Of a DNA stretch of 51,771 bases, positions 1 to 9,300 are shown piece by piece. A model generated the notes under the pieces. That model searched no databases. It was not told the DNA's origin and was given only the letters and a program-made list of their open reading frames with translations. The stretch lies in the IMG/VR virus record IMGVR_UViG_3300025671_000094, positions 1 to 51,771 of that record. One strand, given 5' to 3'. The position numbers were made by a program, and so were the translations under genes. Positions within the stretch are counted from its first letter, which is position 1. Each line of letters opens with the position of its first letter. The stretch comes from a virus. Taxonomy: Duplodnaviria; Caudoviricetes.

Positions 1-2
1 CT

Positions 3-419
3 ATACCTTCAGATGGTATGGAGGCTGATGACATGGTACGTATTAAAGCTACTGAGTGTGCATCACTCAACGTAGACTTTACTATAGTACATATCGATAA
101 GGATCTTGATTGTATTCCGGGGAAACACTACAACCCTCATAAGGAGACCTTCTATGAGATTGATGTTGACGCAGCTGATTTATTTTATTGGACTCAGATG
201 TTAAAGGGTGATCCAACAGATAACCTTCCAGGGCTACCTAAAGTAGGGCCAAAGAAAGCAGAGAAGATGCTTAACGGTGTACCGCTAGGTAGACGTAAAC
301 ATAGAGTACTTGCTGCATACAGAGCTAAATACGGTCGTGTTGACTGGAAAGAAAAGCTATTGGAAACAGCAAACGGTATTCATATTCTAAGGAGTCATGA
401 TGACTACTTCTCGATTTAA
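3..419 (+). CDS. 5'-3' exonuclease (T7 gp6/FEN-like), 5'-truncated by window edge
   Basis: EADD, DKDLD.IPG.HYN and GDPTDNLPGLPKVGPKKA helix-hairpin-helix motifs; frame is open to the window start. Confidence 0.9.
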   Translation: MPSDGMEADDMVRIKATECASLNVDFTIVHIDKDLDCIPGKHYNPHKETFYEIDVDAADLFYWTQMLKGDPTDNLPGLPKVGPKKAEKMLNGVPLGRRKHRVLAAYRAKYGRVDWKEKLLETANGIHILRSHDDYFSI

Positions 420-1035
420 CAACCATGAACGTTGGCATAACGTACAAGTTGAACGTGTTACTCAGTTCGATAGTAACGACTGGTGTGGCATTATCACAAA
501 AGAACACGGTGAAATACGGTGTAAGCGTAGAAATAAGAAACGCTTTAAACTAAAGAAAGGATTTAAAGGTCCAATCACTGTTTTCTTTTATCAGGGTAAG
601 ACACCAACGATTGCTGACGATCCTCGGGGTCACATTGAAGTAGAAAGTCACTGGAATATTCTTAATCCAGAGGTCTTTGATGAATCACATCATGGCTTTC
701 TTTATATCATCACGGATAAACGTAATGATAGACGCTATATCGGCGTTAAAACACTGCATACTAGCTGGAAGGGCTATACTAGTTCTTCCTCAGAACTCAA
801 CGAAAAAATAACTAAAGCAGGTAAAGAGAACTTTACTTTCGATATCTTGTTCTCTTGCCCAATGAAAGGTGATCTTAGTTATATGGAAGCCTATATGATT
901 ATGATTACACATGCCCTATGCTCTGATGAGTGGTATAATAAATGGGTACATGAAATTAGGTTTAAACCTGCAATGAAGGATATGGAGAGACAAATTGAAA
1001 TCGCCAAAGACTATTCGCAACCCCTACCACAATGA
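397..1035 (+). CDS. GIY-YIG (Seg-like) endonuclease-domain protein
   Basis: GFLYIITDKRNDRRYIGVK...WKGYTSSS...FDIL in the C-terminal half. Confidence 0.75.
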   Translation: MMTTSRFNNHERWHNVQVERVTQFDSNDWCGIITKEHGEIRCKRRNKKRFKLKKGFKGPITVFFYQGKTPTIADDPRGHIEVESHWNILNPEVFDESHHGFLYIITDKRNDRRYIGVKTLHTSWKGYTSSSSELNEKITKAGKENFTFDILFSCPMKGDLSYMEAYMIMITHALCSDEWYNKWVHEIRFKPAMKDMERQIEIAKDYSQPLPQ

Positions 1036-1222
1036 CATTAGGAAGTATAAGGTTATCCCTAATGAACGTTCAGAGGTAACTGAAGAAGATTGGGATGAAG
1101 ATCTAATTGATCTGTTCAATAACAAGCAGCAGAAAGCTGAAAAGATTATGAAGTCAGATAGAGCTAGAAACCGAAGGAAGGAAGCTCGATATGCCAAAGA
1201 AGATAGAATATACGGAGAGTAA
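995..1222 (+). CDS. hypothetical protein
   Basis: ORF fills the gap between the GIY-YIG gene and the primase-helicase, overlapping both. Confidence 0.55.
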   Translation: MKSPKTIRNPYHNDIRKYKVIPNERSEVTEEDWDEDLIDLFNNKQQKAEKIMKSDRARNRRKEARYAKEDRIYGE

Positions 1223-2852
1223 AGAAATAGGTAAGACAGCTTGTCCCGCTTGTCCTTCAAGCGATGGCTTTGCTGTATACGATGATGGACACGGTTACTG
1301 TTATGTATGTAACCACTATGAAAAAGAAATTGGAAAGGAAGAGGAAATGCCTCTTGATACTAACACACCTAGCCTCGAGCTATTTGAAGCAAACCTCGGC
1401 GATTGTCGTGGTGTACAAGACCGTAGGATAACTAAAACTATTGCAGAACACTACGGTGTTCGTGTTAACTATGATAGTGACCGCAATATTATTGCCTATA
1501 ACTATCCTTATTATGCGGATACACATCACCCCATTGCCTACAAAACAAGAACATTACCTAAACAATTCAAGACAGTAGGAGACTTTAAAGATGTTTGGCC
1601 TTTCGGCGTTCACGCTTTTCATGCGGGAGGAAAGAGACTCGTCATCACTGAAGGCGAGTTCGATGCGATGGCGGTCGCGCAAGCTTCGTATGACCACTAT
1701 AATAAAATCTATCCTGTCATCTCGGTAGCAAGTGCTTCTAACCTTAAGAGTCTTCTTCATGCTCGGACATGGATTAGATCCTTTGAGGAAGTTGTTTTAT
1801 TCTTTGACAATGATGCTGCAGGACAGAAGGCTATCAAAGATGCCGCTAATATTATCGGTATCGATAAAGTAAAGATAGCTTCTTTAGGTAGCGTAGCTAA
1901 AGATCCCTGTGAGTTGTACGTAGCTGCAGGTAAAGACGGTGTTATGCGTGCTGTATGGGATGCACAACCCTATAGTCCAGCGGGTATTGTGGTAGGCCAC
2001 GAACCTGTATGGGAACAATACCTAGCTCGACAAGCTACTGAGTCAGTTCCTTATCCGGATTGCTTAGACGGTATCAATGATAAGACTAAGGGTATGCGCT
2101 TCGGTGAGATAACCTTGTTTACTTCTGGTACTGGCAGCGGAAAAAGTACCGTCATTAAAGAAATTGTACTTGACTTATTAGATAAAACTAGTTATAAGGT
2201 AGGTATGATCTCTCTTGAAGAGAGTATTGGCGATACCGCAGAGAAGTTTATTCAGATGAAACTTAAACAAAACCTGCAAGAGTTCGATGTACCACTCGAT
2301 ATACAGGAAGCAGCATCAAAGGAGGTGTTTGGTAGTGAACGGCTTGTATTACTTGATCACCAAGGTTCTGTTGGTGATGAGTCACTCATTGATAAGATTG
2401 AATATATGGCTCTTATGGGTTGTAAGTATCTTATTCTCGATCACATTACGATTGCAGTATCAGAGGGCGCAGAAGGTTACTCTGGCAATGAGGCTATCGA
2501 CAAGGTTATGTCAGACCTACTTAAGATTACTAAGAAGCATGACATCTGGCTTGGAGTTATATCTCATCTACGGAAAGTACAGGGCGGCGGTACCACATTC
2601 GAGCAAGGTAAGTTACCTAGCATGGATGATATCAAAGGCTCTGGATCCATCAAGCAAATCTCTTTCGATATTATCGGGTTCTCTAGAGATATGGCTAATG
2701 AAAATGAAGAAGTTAGAAATACTATTGAGTTCATCGTACTCAAAAGCCGCTTTTCGGGTAAGACAGGACCAGCGGGTTCGGTTAAATACAACCATGAGAC
2801 TACGCGGTTAGAGTATAATAACAACAACATTGACTTTGAGGTGCTACCATGA
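1191..2852 (+). CDS. DNA primase-helicase (T7 gp4-like)
   Basis: Zn finger CPAC...CYVC, TOPRIM ITEGEFDAMA and FDND, Walker A SGTGSGKST, ILDHITI, DIKGSGSIKQ. Confidence 0.96.
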   Translation: MPKKIEYTESKEIGKTACPACPSSDGFAVYDDGHGYCYVCNHYEKEIGKEEEMPLDTNTPSLELFEANLGDCRGVQDRRITKTIAEHYGVRVNYDSDRNIIAYNYPYYADTHHPIAYKTRTLPKQFKTVGDFKDVWPFGVHAFHAGGKRLVITEGEFDAMAVAQASYDHYNKIYPVISVASASNLKSLLHARTWIRSFEEVVLFFDNDAAGQKAIKDAANIIGIDKVKIASLGSVAKDPCELYVAAGKDGVMRAVWDAQPYSPAGIVVGHEPVWEQYLARQATESVPYPDCLDGINDKTKGMRFGEITLFTSGTGSGKSTVIKEIVLDLLDKTSYKVGMISLEESIGDTAEKFIQMKLKQNLQEFDVPLDIQEAASKEVFGSERLVLLDHQGSVGDESLIDKIEYMALMGCKYLILDHITIAVSEGAEGYSGNEAIDKVMSDLLKITKKHDIWLGVISHLRKVQGGGTTFEQGKLPSMDDIKGSGSIKQISFDIIGFSRDMANENEEVRNTIEFIVLKSRFSGKTGPAGSVKYNHETTRLEYNNNNIDFEVLP

Positions 2853-3040
2853 GCGAGACTGCTTTATATCATCAAATAGGTTTACTACAACAAGAACTTG
2901 CTCATGCAAAAGAAATCATTGAAAGTCTTACTACGGAACGTAATAAGTTTCGTAGTCAGGCTATGATGAGGGCAAATAAAATAGAGACATTATCAAATGA
3001 GATCAATAGTATTTATACGAAACAAGAGTATATCCCCTAG
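2849..3040 (+). CDS. hypothetical coiled-coil protein
   Basis: ATGA overlap with the helicase stop, GAGG RBS, heptad-like sequence. Confidence 0.65.
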   Translation: MSETALYHQIGLLQQELAHAKEIIESLTTERNKFRSQAMMRANKIETLSNEINSIYTKQEYIP

Positions 3041-3164
3041 TCAAGACATTATTAAGCTATTAAATAGTCTTAGATCAAGGGGTACTGAGCCTATTGACTG
3101 GCACTATGATAACAACTATATAACATTTAGAGTAAAGGATGAAAATTATGGCGAAGCAAGCTAG
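2997..3164 (+). CDS. hypothetical 55-aa protein (not in ORF track)
   Basis: Manual translation MRSIVFIRNK...ENYGEAS fills an otherwise empty gap; weak RBS. Confidence 0.4.
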   Translation: MRSIVFIRNKSISPSQDIIKLLNSLRSRGTEPIDWHYDNNYITFRVKDENYGEAS

Positions 3165-3246
3165 TCTTCTTAAACCACGCAAGCAGCGAACCTTCACAGG
3201 AAAGAAATATGCAGGACGTAAAAAGTATCGAGGACAAGGTCGATAA
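3148..3246 (+). CDS. 32-aa basic peptide ending KKYRGQGR (not in ORF track)
   Basis: AAGGA RBS; MAKQASLLKPRKQRTFTGKKYAGRKKYRGQGR; the YRGQG ending resembles small conserved marine-phage peptides. Confidence 0.7.
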   Translation: MAKQASLLKPRKQRTFTGKKYAGRKKYRGQGR

Positions 3247-3265
3247 CTACAAAGGTTTTATTACC

Positions 3266-3700
3266 ATGACAATAAAGGAAGAACGATATGATACACTATA
3301 TATGGACATCGCTAAGCGAGTTGCTCAAATGTCTTACGACAGCGACACGCAAGTTGGTGCAGTCATCGTTAAAGATGGAAACATTATTTCAATGGGCTGG
3401 AACGGTACTCCAAGCGGCTTTGATAATAACTGTAAACACCCTGAAACGGGTATCACTTTATCTACTGTTATTCATGCTGAAGCTAATGCAATCTGTAAGC
3501 TCGCTCGTACTAGTGGTTCTGGATTGGGTGCCACACTGTACACTACGCTCTCACCTTGTATCGAGTGTACTAAGCTTATCCTCCAATCTGGTATCAGCGA
3601 AGTTGTCGTTGAGAAAGCGTATGAAAAAGATCTAGAAGGATTTAAAATTCTCAATGAGAAAGGTATGTTAAGGGTATGCAAATCCATTATCAAAGAATAG
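3266..3700 (+). CDS. dCMP deaminase
   Basis: VGAVIV, GWNG.P, HAEANA and PCIEC zinc motifs; start moved to ATG 3266 because 3148-3246 occupies the upstream part. Confidence 0.93.
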   Translation: MTIKEERYDTLYMDIAKRVAQMSYDSDTQVGAVIVKDGNIISMGWNGTPSGFDNNCKHPETGITLSTVIHAEANAICKLARTSGSGLGATLYTTLSPCIECTKLILQSGISEVVVEKAYEKDLEGFKILNEKGMLRVCKSIIKE

Positions 3701-3945
3701 AGACTTTACCCGATTATGTTGCTTGGGTCCAATGTAATCCTGAAGATCGCAGTCAAGTAGAGGAGATGTTTCCTAAGGATAAATACGAACTACTGATTGC
3801 AATACAACCTAACTATGACCCTATAACTTGTTCACAACAAGTACTTTACAATCCACCCGCTCCAACTTGGGGCTTAGATGTATGGAAGAAAGAGGACGAT
3901 GGAAGATATACGGAACTATCTACTAGAGAGAATCCGCAGCGATAA
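3676..3945 (+). CDS. hypothetical protein
   Basis: ORF overlaps both neighbours in the operon. Confidence 0.6.
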   Translation: MQIHYQRIETLPDYVAWVQCNPEDRSQVEEMFPKDKYELLIAIQPNYDPITCSQQVLYNPPAPTWGLDVWKKEDDGRYTELSTRENPQR

Positions 3946-6016
3946 CATAGGTGTTAAGCCTAGACGCAGCCTACAACTTATGCGTATGATCGACACCGAT
4001 GGTGTTGATATGCTCGACTTCCTAATCGAAGATATGATTATCTACGGACGTAAGTTTATCCAGCGTTGTTTTAAGCGTAGTAAAGTAGAAGGTGAAACCC
4101 CTATTACACAAGCTTCAATGGCTATCGGCAAGTATATTGTTGAAGGCTGGGACAGTAACAACGTTAACTTTAGAGACCATGTTCGTGTTGGTGATCTTAT
4201 CATTGAAGGCTTTGTTATGTGTGGCTACCTGACTATCTCAGTAGGTCACATGAAGAGCCGTAAGCCAGTTACAATCCATGCCACCGATAAATGGGGTGAG
4301 ATGGAAGTAGTAGCTGGCAAAACTACTTGTATGAGTGCAGATCCAATCCCACCTATCAGTAAACTATTTCAGGATAATGGTAGGGCTGTAATTAAAACTT
4401 GGGATAAGTCTAAAGAACACCTGTTTATGAAGTATATTAATGCACCTTTTGTAAAAGCAATTGATAGACTACAGTCTACAAGGTATCGGGTTAACACTGA
4501 AGTTAACCAAGCCATTAAAGAAAATATGTTTATGTTTGTTAAGAACGAAACATTTGATGGTGAAGATAAAGAAGAAAACACTAAGCTGTATCAGCGTCAG
4601 GCTTCTAAGAATCGAGAGATAAAAGAAGTAATGGCTATTGCAGACAAGTGGCTAGGTGAGTCATTTAGTTTCTACATTGATGCAGACTACCGTGGGCGGT
4701 TATACTATAGCGAACCCTTCTTTAACTTTCAGGGTGCTGACATTGCAAGAGGACAACTCTTGTTTGATGAAGGTAAACGCTTTGATGAGTCTGCTAGCTT
4801 CTGGTTAGCTGTTCATACTGCTTGTTGTTTTAATCAGTCATATAGTATTGATGAAATTCCTGAGTGGACTACAGGTAACTACCGTTCTGTACTCGAAGAA
4901 GAAAACTTAGATACTATTTCAGTAGACAAAATGACTCTAGAGGATCGCGCTCAGTGGACTCAAAAGAACATTGAAGTCATTATTGAGATGGGCGAAATGC
5001 GAATGATCGCAGAAGAGGCCGAGAAAGCTATCTCTTTCTTAGCATGTTGCATCGAGTGGTACCGCTACAGTACTACGGATGGGGACTACTATACTCGACT
5101 TCCAATCCCCATAGACGGTGCTAATAACGGCTGGCAACACCTAGGCGCTATGTCTAAAGATTCACTAACAGGGAAGCTAGTTGGGCTTGTTCCTACTGAA
5201 ATCCAGAACGACTTCTATGTACAAATAGCTAAGCGGCTATGCGACAGGATGCCTGAATGGTTTGAAGAAAGACAAATCCCAATGAAGCATATCCGTAAGG
5301 GCATTGCCAAACGTGCAGCTATGACTCGTGCTTATAGTTGTGGTCAAAAGAAAATGTCTGAGTCTATGTATAGCGATTGCTATCAATATGGCTTCACTAA
5401 TGACTACAACATTTCTACCTGGGATTGTGATGAGTTAAGTAGCCAGGTTATTAGGGCTATCCAGGAAGTTTGCCCCGGTCCTTTAGACACCATGAAGTAT
5501 CTGCAGCGGTTAGCTGATCAAGAGATCACTAACTGGTATAAGCAGTATGGTACTGATAGAGGCAAGGGTATCGAGTGGACTACCCCTTCAGGCTTTCCTG
5601 TGATATATGAATGTTATCGCACTAGACCTGTTAAGGTAGACTGTTATGGCTTCAATACGCCTGACGGAGAGATCCGCTTCAAGCACGTTATTAGAGAGCA
5701 TACAGACATCCCTGATCGTAGAGGCTTTATGTGCGGCATTAGCCCTAACTTTGTACACAGTATGGATGCTAGTCATATGGCTCTTGTTATAGCAGACTGG
5801 GAAGGCGACTTCGCTGCTGTGCATGACTCGTATAGCGCTCACGCTGGTAACGTAGAAGATCTTATGGTCAAGACAAGACAAAAGTTTGTTAGTATCTACG
5901 ACAAAGAAAACTTCTATGATACAATACCCTTTGGTAAGGGCTTCGAAGGAGTAGTACCTACTATCGGTAAACTATCTATTAAAGATGTTGCTGATTCTAC
6001 TTACTTCTTTTGTTAA
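3899..6016 (+). CDS. single-subunit T7-type DNA-directed RNA polymerase (~705 aa)
   Basis: DADYRGRLYY, motif A PIPIDGANNGWQH, motif B RKGIAKRAAMTRAYS, SPNFVHSMDASH, motif C AVHDSY, C-terminal YFFC; ATG 3899 with GAGG RBS. Confidence 0.96.
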   Translation: MEDIRNYLLERIRSDNIGVKPRRSLQLMRMIDTDGVDMLDFLIEDMIIYGRKFIQRCFKRSKVEGETPITQASMAIGKYIVEGWDSNNVNFRDHVRVGDLIIEGFVMCGYLTISVGHMKSRKPVTIHATDKWGEMEVVAGKTTCMSADPIPPISKLFQDNGRAVIKTWDKSKEHLFMKYINAPFVKAIDRLQSTRYRVNTEVNQAIKENMFMFVKNETFDGEDKEENTKLYQRQASKNREIKEVMAIADKWLGESFSFYIDADYRGRLYYSEPFFNFQGADIARGQLLFDEGKRFDESASFWLAVHTACCFNQSYSIDEIPEWTTGNYRSVLEEENLDTISVDKMTLEDRAQWTQKNIEVIIEMGEMRMIAEEAEKAISFLACCIEWYRYSTTDGDYYTRLPIPIDGANNGWQHLGAMSKDSLTGKLVGLVPTEIQNDFYVQIAKRLCDRMPEWFEERQIPMKHIRKGIAKRAAMTRAYSCGQKKMSESMYSDCYQYGFTNDYNISTWDCDELSSQVIRAIQEVCPGPLDTMKYLQRLADQEITNWYKQYGTDRGKGIEWTTPSGFPVIYECYRTRPVKVDCYGFNTPDGEIRFKHVIREHTDIPDRRGFMCGISPNFVHSMDASHMALVIADWEGDFAAVHDSYSAHAGNVEDLMVKTRQKFVSIYDKENFYDTIPFGKGFEGVVPTIGKLSIKDVADSTYFFC

Positions 6017-6018
6017 AT

Positions 6019-6072
6019 AAAAAAACCCCACAAGGTTTCCATTACGGATTCCCTGTGGGGTATTTTTATTTT
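6019..6072. terminator. bidirectional rho-independent terminator between the two genome arms
   Basis: A-tract, ACCCCACA...TGTGGGGT inverted repeat, T-tract; lies between convergent stop codons at 6016 and 6071. Confidence 0.9.
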
Positions 6073-6322
6073 ATACTAGTAGCTTTTGAATGTCTTGTTT
6101 TATTTTTGCACGTGCTCTTCCAGAATCAGCTTTAGCTTTTCCTTCTTTAACACCTGCATCGATCAAACCTTTAACATTTTTGTTGTACATTATACGCAAT
6201 AGTTCATCATTAATAGCCGGAGTATATGCCAAAGCAGGATCTAATCCATATTCTTTTACAAATTCCATATCATCAATTTTAAAGCCTTGTAATGCCATTC
6301 GATTATAATTTTTGTTAGCCAT
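6071..6322 (-). CDS. hypothetical protein, last gene of the structural arm
   Basis: GAGG RBS; directly follows the 1265-aa gene. Confidence 0.75.
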   Translation of the reverse strand: MANKNYNRMALQGFKIDDMEFVKEYGLDPALAYTPAINDELLRIMYNKNVKGLIDAGVKEGKAKADSGRARAKIKQDIQKLLV

Positions 6323-6332
6323 AATTTCCTCA

Positions 6333-9300
6333 CTACATATTACTAATGTCTTTAGGTATTTGCGATAAGTATCTATCTTCCACTTCTTTATCTAGCTTTG
6401 CAATACCATTAAGTCTACTTGCAATAGCATAACTTGCAAGATATCCTTTTATAATTGCGGCTAATTGCGATTTAGTTACTATTGAATTTGAACCCTTCCA
6501 ACCATTAGCTTTTGCAATAGAATACCATTTAGCTTCAAATTCATTTAAGCCTCTGCCTGCAGCACGTTTAGCATCGAGTGTCGCTAATTGATCATGCAAA
6601 GCTTTATACTCATTTGATTGATTTAAGATATAGGACGTAGGTGCTTCTGGGCTTAGCAAGTTTTTTACATGTGAGCGAAGTCCGTCTTGTAATGCTTCAT
6701 ATACACCTTGAAATGCATTATGTCCCATTCCATTTGGATTAATTGCAATCTTTTTAAAGTTTCTATTATAGGCACCTCGATAATCTCTAATGCCTCTTAC
6801 ATCCGAAACAATAGCGTCATGAATAAAGTAACCCCACTTAGGTTCTTTTTTATTTTCATTTACTTCAAGAATAGATCTTGCCATAATTGCCGCATCAATT
6901 GCTTGAATTACAAGAACAGGTAATTGATATCTAACTTGATAGCCGTAGGGATCTGGGTTTCTCTTTACGTTTTTAAGTGTTTCAATATCAAATTGTTTAG
7001 AAGTTCTAGCTGGGCGCAAACTGCCTGATGATCTTGTCTTTTTAAGCTCAATAGGATAGCCTTCGGGAAAGTCAGGTAAAGGTACATTGATCATCTCTCC
7101 GGTACCTACTCTTTCTTTTCCACCGATAAACACTACATTACCTAATGGTCCATAGAATCTTGGCGTTTCACCACCAAGCAATGCCCACCCAATACCTACG
7201 TCTTGTAATACTTTTTGATGATCAATATTATCAAGCGTAGCAGTTAAAGCATTTCTAATTAAGCTATTAAAATCTTCTACAAGACCACGATAACCATTAG
7301 GGTCTTCAGCCGTTGCTGCATAACCCTCAATCCGACTATACTTAGCTAGCTCTAATACTTGTTGTCCAAAGCCTGTGCTATTTAAAATCTTCATAACTGT
7401 TTCATAGTTAAACTTTGCAGACTTACCATAAGAATGTTCCATGAGAGGAGTTCTAGATAACATTTTTTCTAATGTTGATTTATCGTTTTGTGAATCTAAT
7501 AATTTAATTACTTCATCACCCCAAAAGTCTTTTTTAAGTTCACGTTGACCTACAAAAGCTGCACCCGTAATTGCTTCAGCTTTAAAGTTAGCATTAAACT
7601 TGGCTCGAATATCTCCTTCTGGGATAACATTCTCTTCATCATTAAAGATAATGCCTACCTTTTTACTTAAATCAATATCTCTACGTTGAGCTGCCTGGAT
7701 AGCCATACCCGATTGTCGTCCATCGGCTTTTGCGCCAACAGTTATTTCAAACCTAGTACTAGCGGTTTCCTCAATTGGCTTTCTAATTAAACCTAGTTGA
7801 GCTGCAATCTGTTGTTCAGCTTGTTGAATAGCGTCTGGATCTCCAGATAACTTAGCATCCTCTAACATCTGAGTTAACCTTTCTGATTCTGGGCTTTCAT
7901 CTGCTTGCGGGATATAATACTTTGATTCTGAGATTTCAGCACCAGGATACTGTCTACGAATATCGCTTGCACCAGTTCGTTTATTGTTTAACTTTGCAGT
8001 ATGGTAATTAGCAAAATCAATATAAGCCCTGACTTGATCGCCCCAGCTTTCGGGATCATCAAATGCTTTCATATCATTGTCAAACTTAATCAACTTAGGA
8101 TTTGATTGTGACATTGCTTTCCAGCGATATCCATTACGAAGCCACCGAGTATATGGTGAGTCATTCTTAGGCTCCTGAGTTACTGCAATTTGCATAACCT
8201 TAGTTATCTCGCGCATTGTCATATTCTTAGGTGCTAAACGTTTACCAGTATAGTATAACACATCGTCTGTAGTTAACAATGCTTCACCTAATGAATACAA
8301 AAAGTCTTGCATTATTTCACTATCTAATGTTGTTTTACTTACATCGACAACTGTTTTCCTAGGACTACGAAGTATGTTTCGTACGATTTTATCATCTTGC
8401 GGATTAAGAACAATGTTTCGATACATATAACGCTCATTGCTTGATGCGTATGCAACAGGAAAATAAAATACTTTATCTTGAAACTCTTCTGCTGCTACAT
8501 AATTTCTAGCAAGCTTCCGGGCTTTCATTGCCATAATAGCATTAGCTTCTGCTTTAGCTGTTTCGTCATCAACTCTTAGCAATGCTTTGGTATAATGCTC
8601 CATCCATTTTGATTCATCTAATCCCAATGCTTTAGCTGCTGGTAGTGTAGAAAATAAACGATTATCTATTTGACCATTAAACGTAGCAAATCCACGAGTA
8701 GGATCACCTACCGATGGAGCCAACAAAGTGATTTTACCATTAGGTGCAATATTAAAATTAACAACTGAGTTAATCATAACCTTCATAATATTAGTAGTTG
8801 TTTTATCTAATGCATTACCCATACGCCCCATAATATCTAGGACTTTTCTCTGCACAGAATCATCATTTGCTCTGCGACTTTTAATAGCTGCATTACCTAC
8901 TTTTTTAAAGCCTTGAGCTAAGTAATGATGCAAACCAACACCTTCAATTTGAGGAGATAGTGAGGGCTTTCTAACATTGCCAGGGTTTAGGTCTACTAAT
9001 ACTTCTCTGGCTGAGTTATAAAAAGTAAGACCGGATTGGGACATCCGATAAGTTTTTCTATTATCAATAGTAATCGGCTCGATAAAACCCATATCTTGAA
9101 TAGCGGACCAAAGAATAGTGTCTGCAAATGCACGTACACGAGGACTGAGTTCTACGCCACCGAACCCCGCCATTGCCCCCGAAGGTAATTGCTGTGGATT
9201 AGGACTTAGTTTATTAACTAAAGAGTTAGCTAGCTGACCACGCTGATATTCTGGATTTATTTCTGTTTTAACTGAAAGTGGAACTGCACCTTCTTCATCA

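Noticed and set aside
2287-2811. 174-aa alternative-frame ORF inside the helicase, and similar nested ORFs such as 45068-45637
   Set aside because: No recognisable motifs or RBS; fully overlapped by well-supported genes
3209-3265. N-terminal extension of dCMP deaminase given in the ORF track
   Set aside because: Overlaps the RBS-supported 32-aa ORF; ATG 3266 gives a normal-length enzyme
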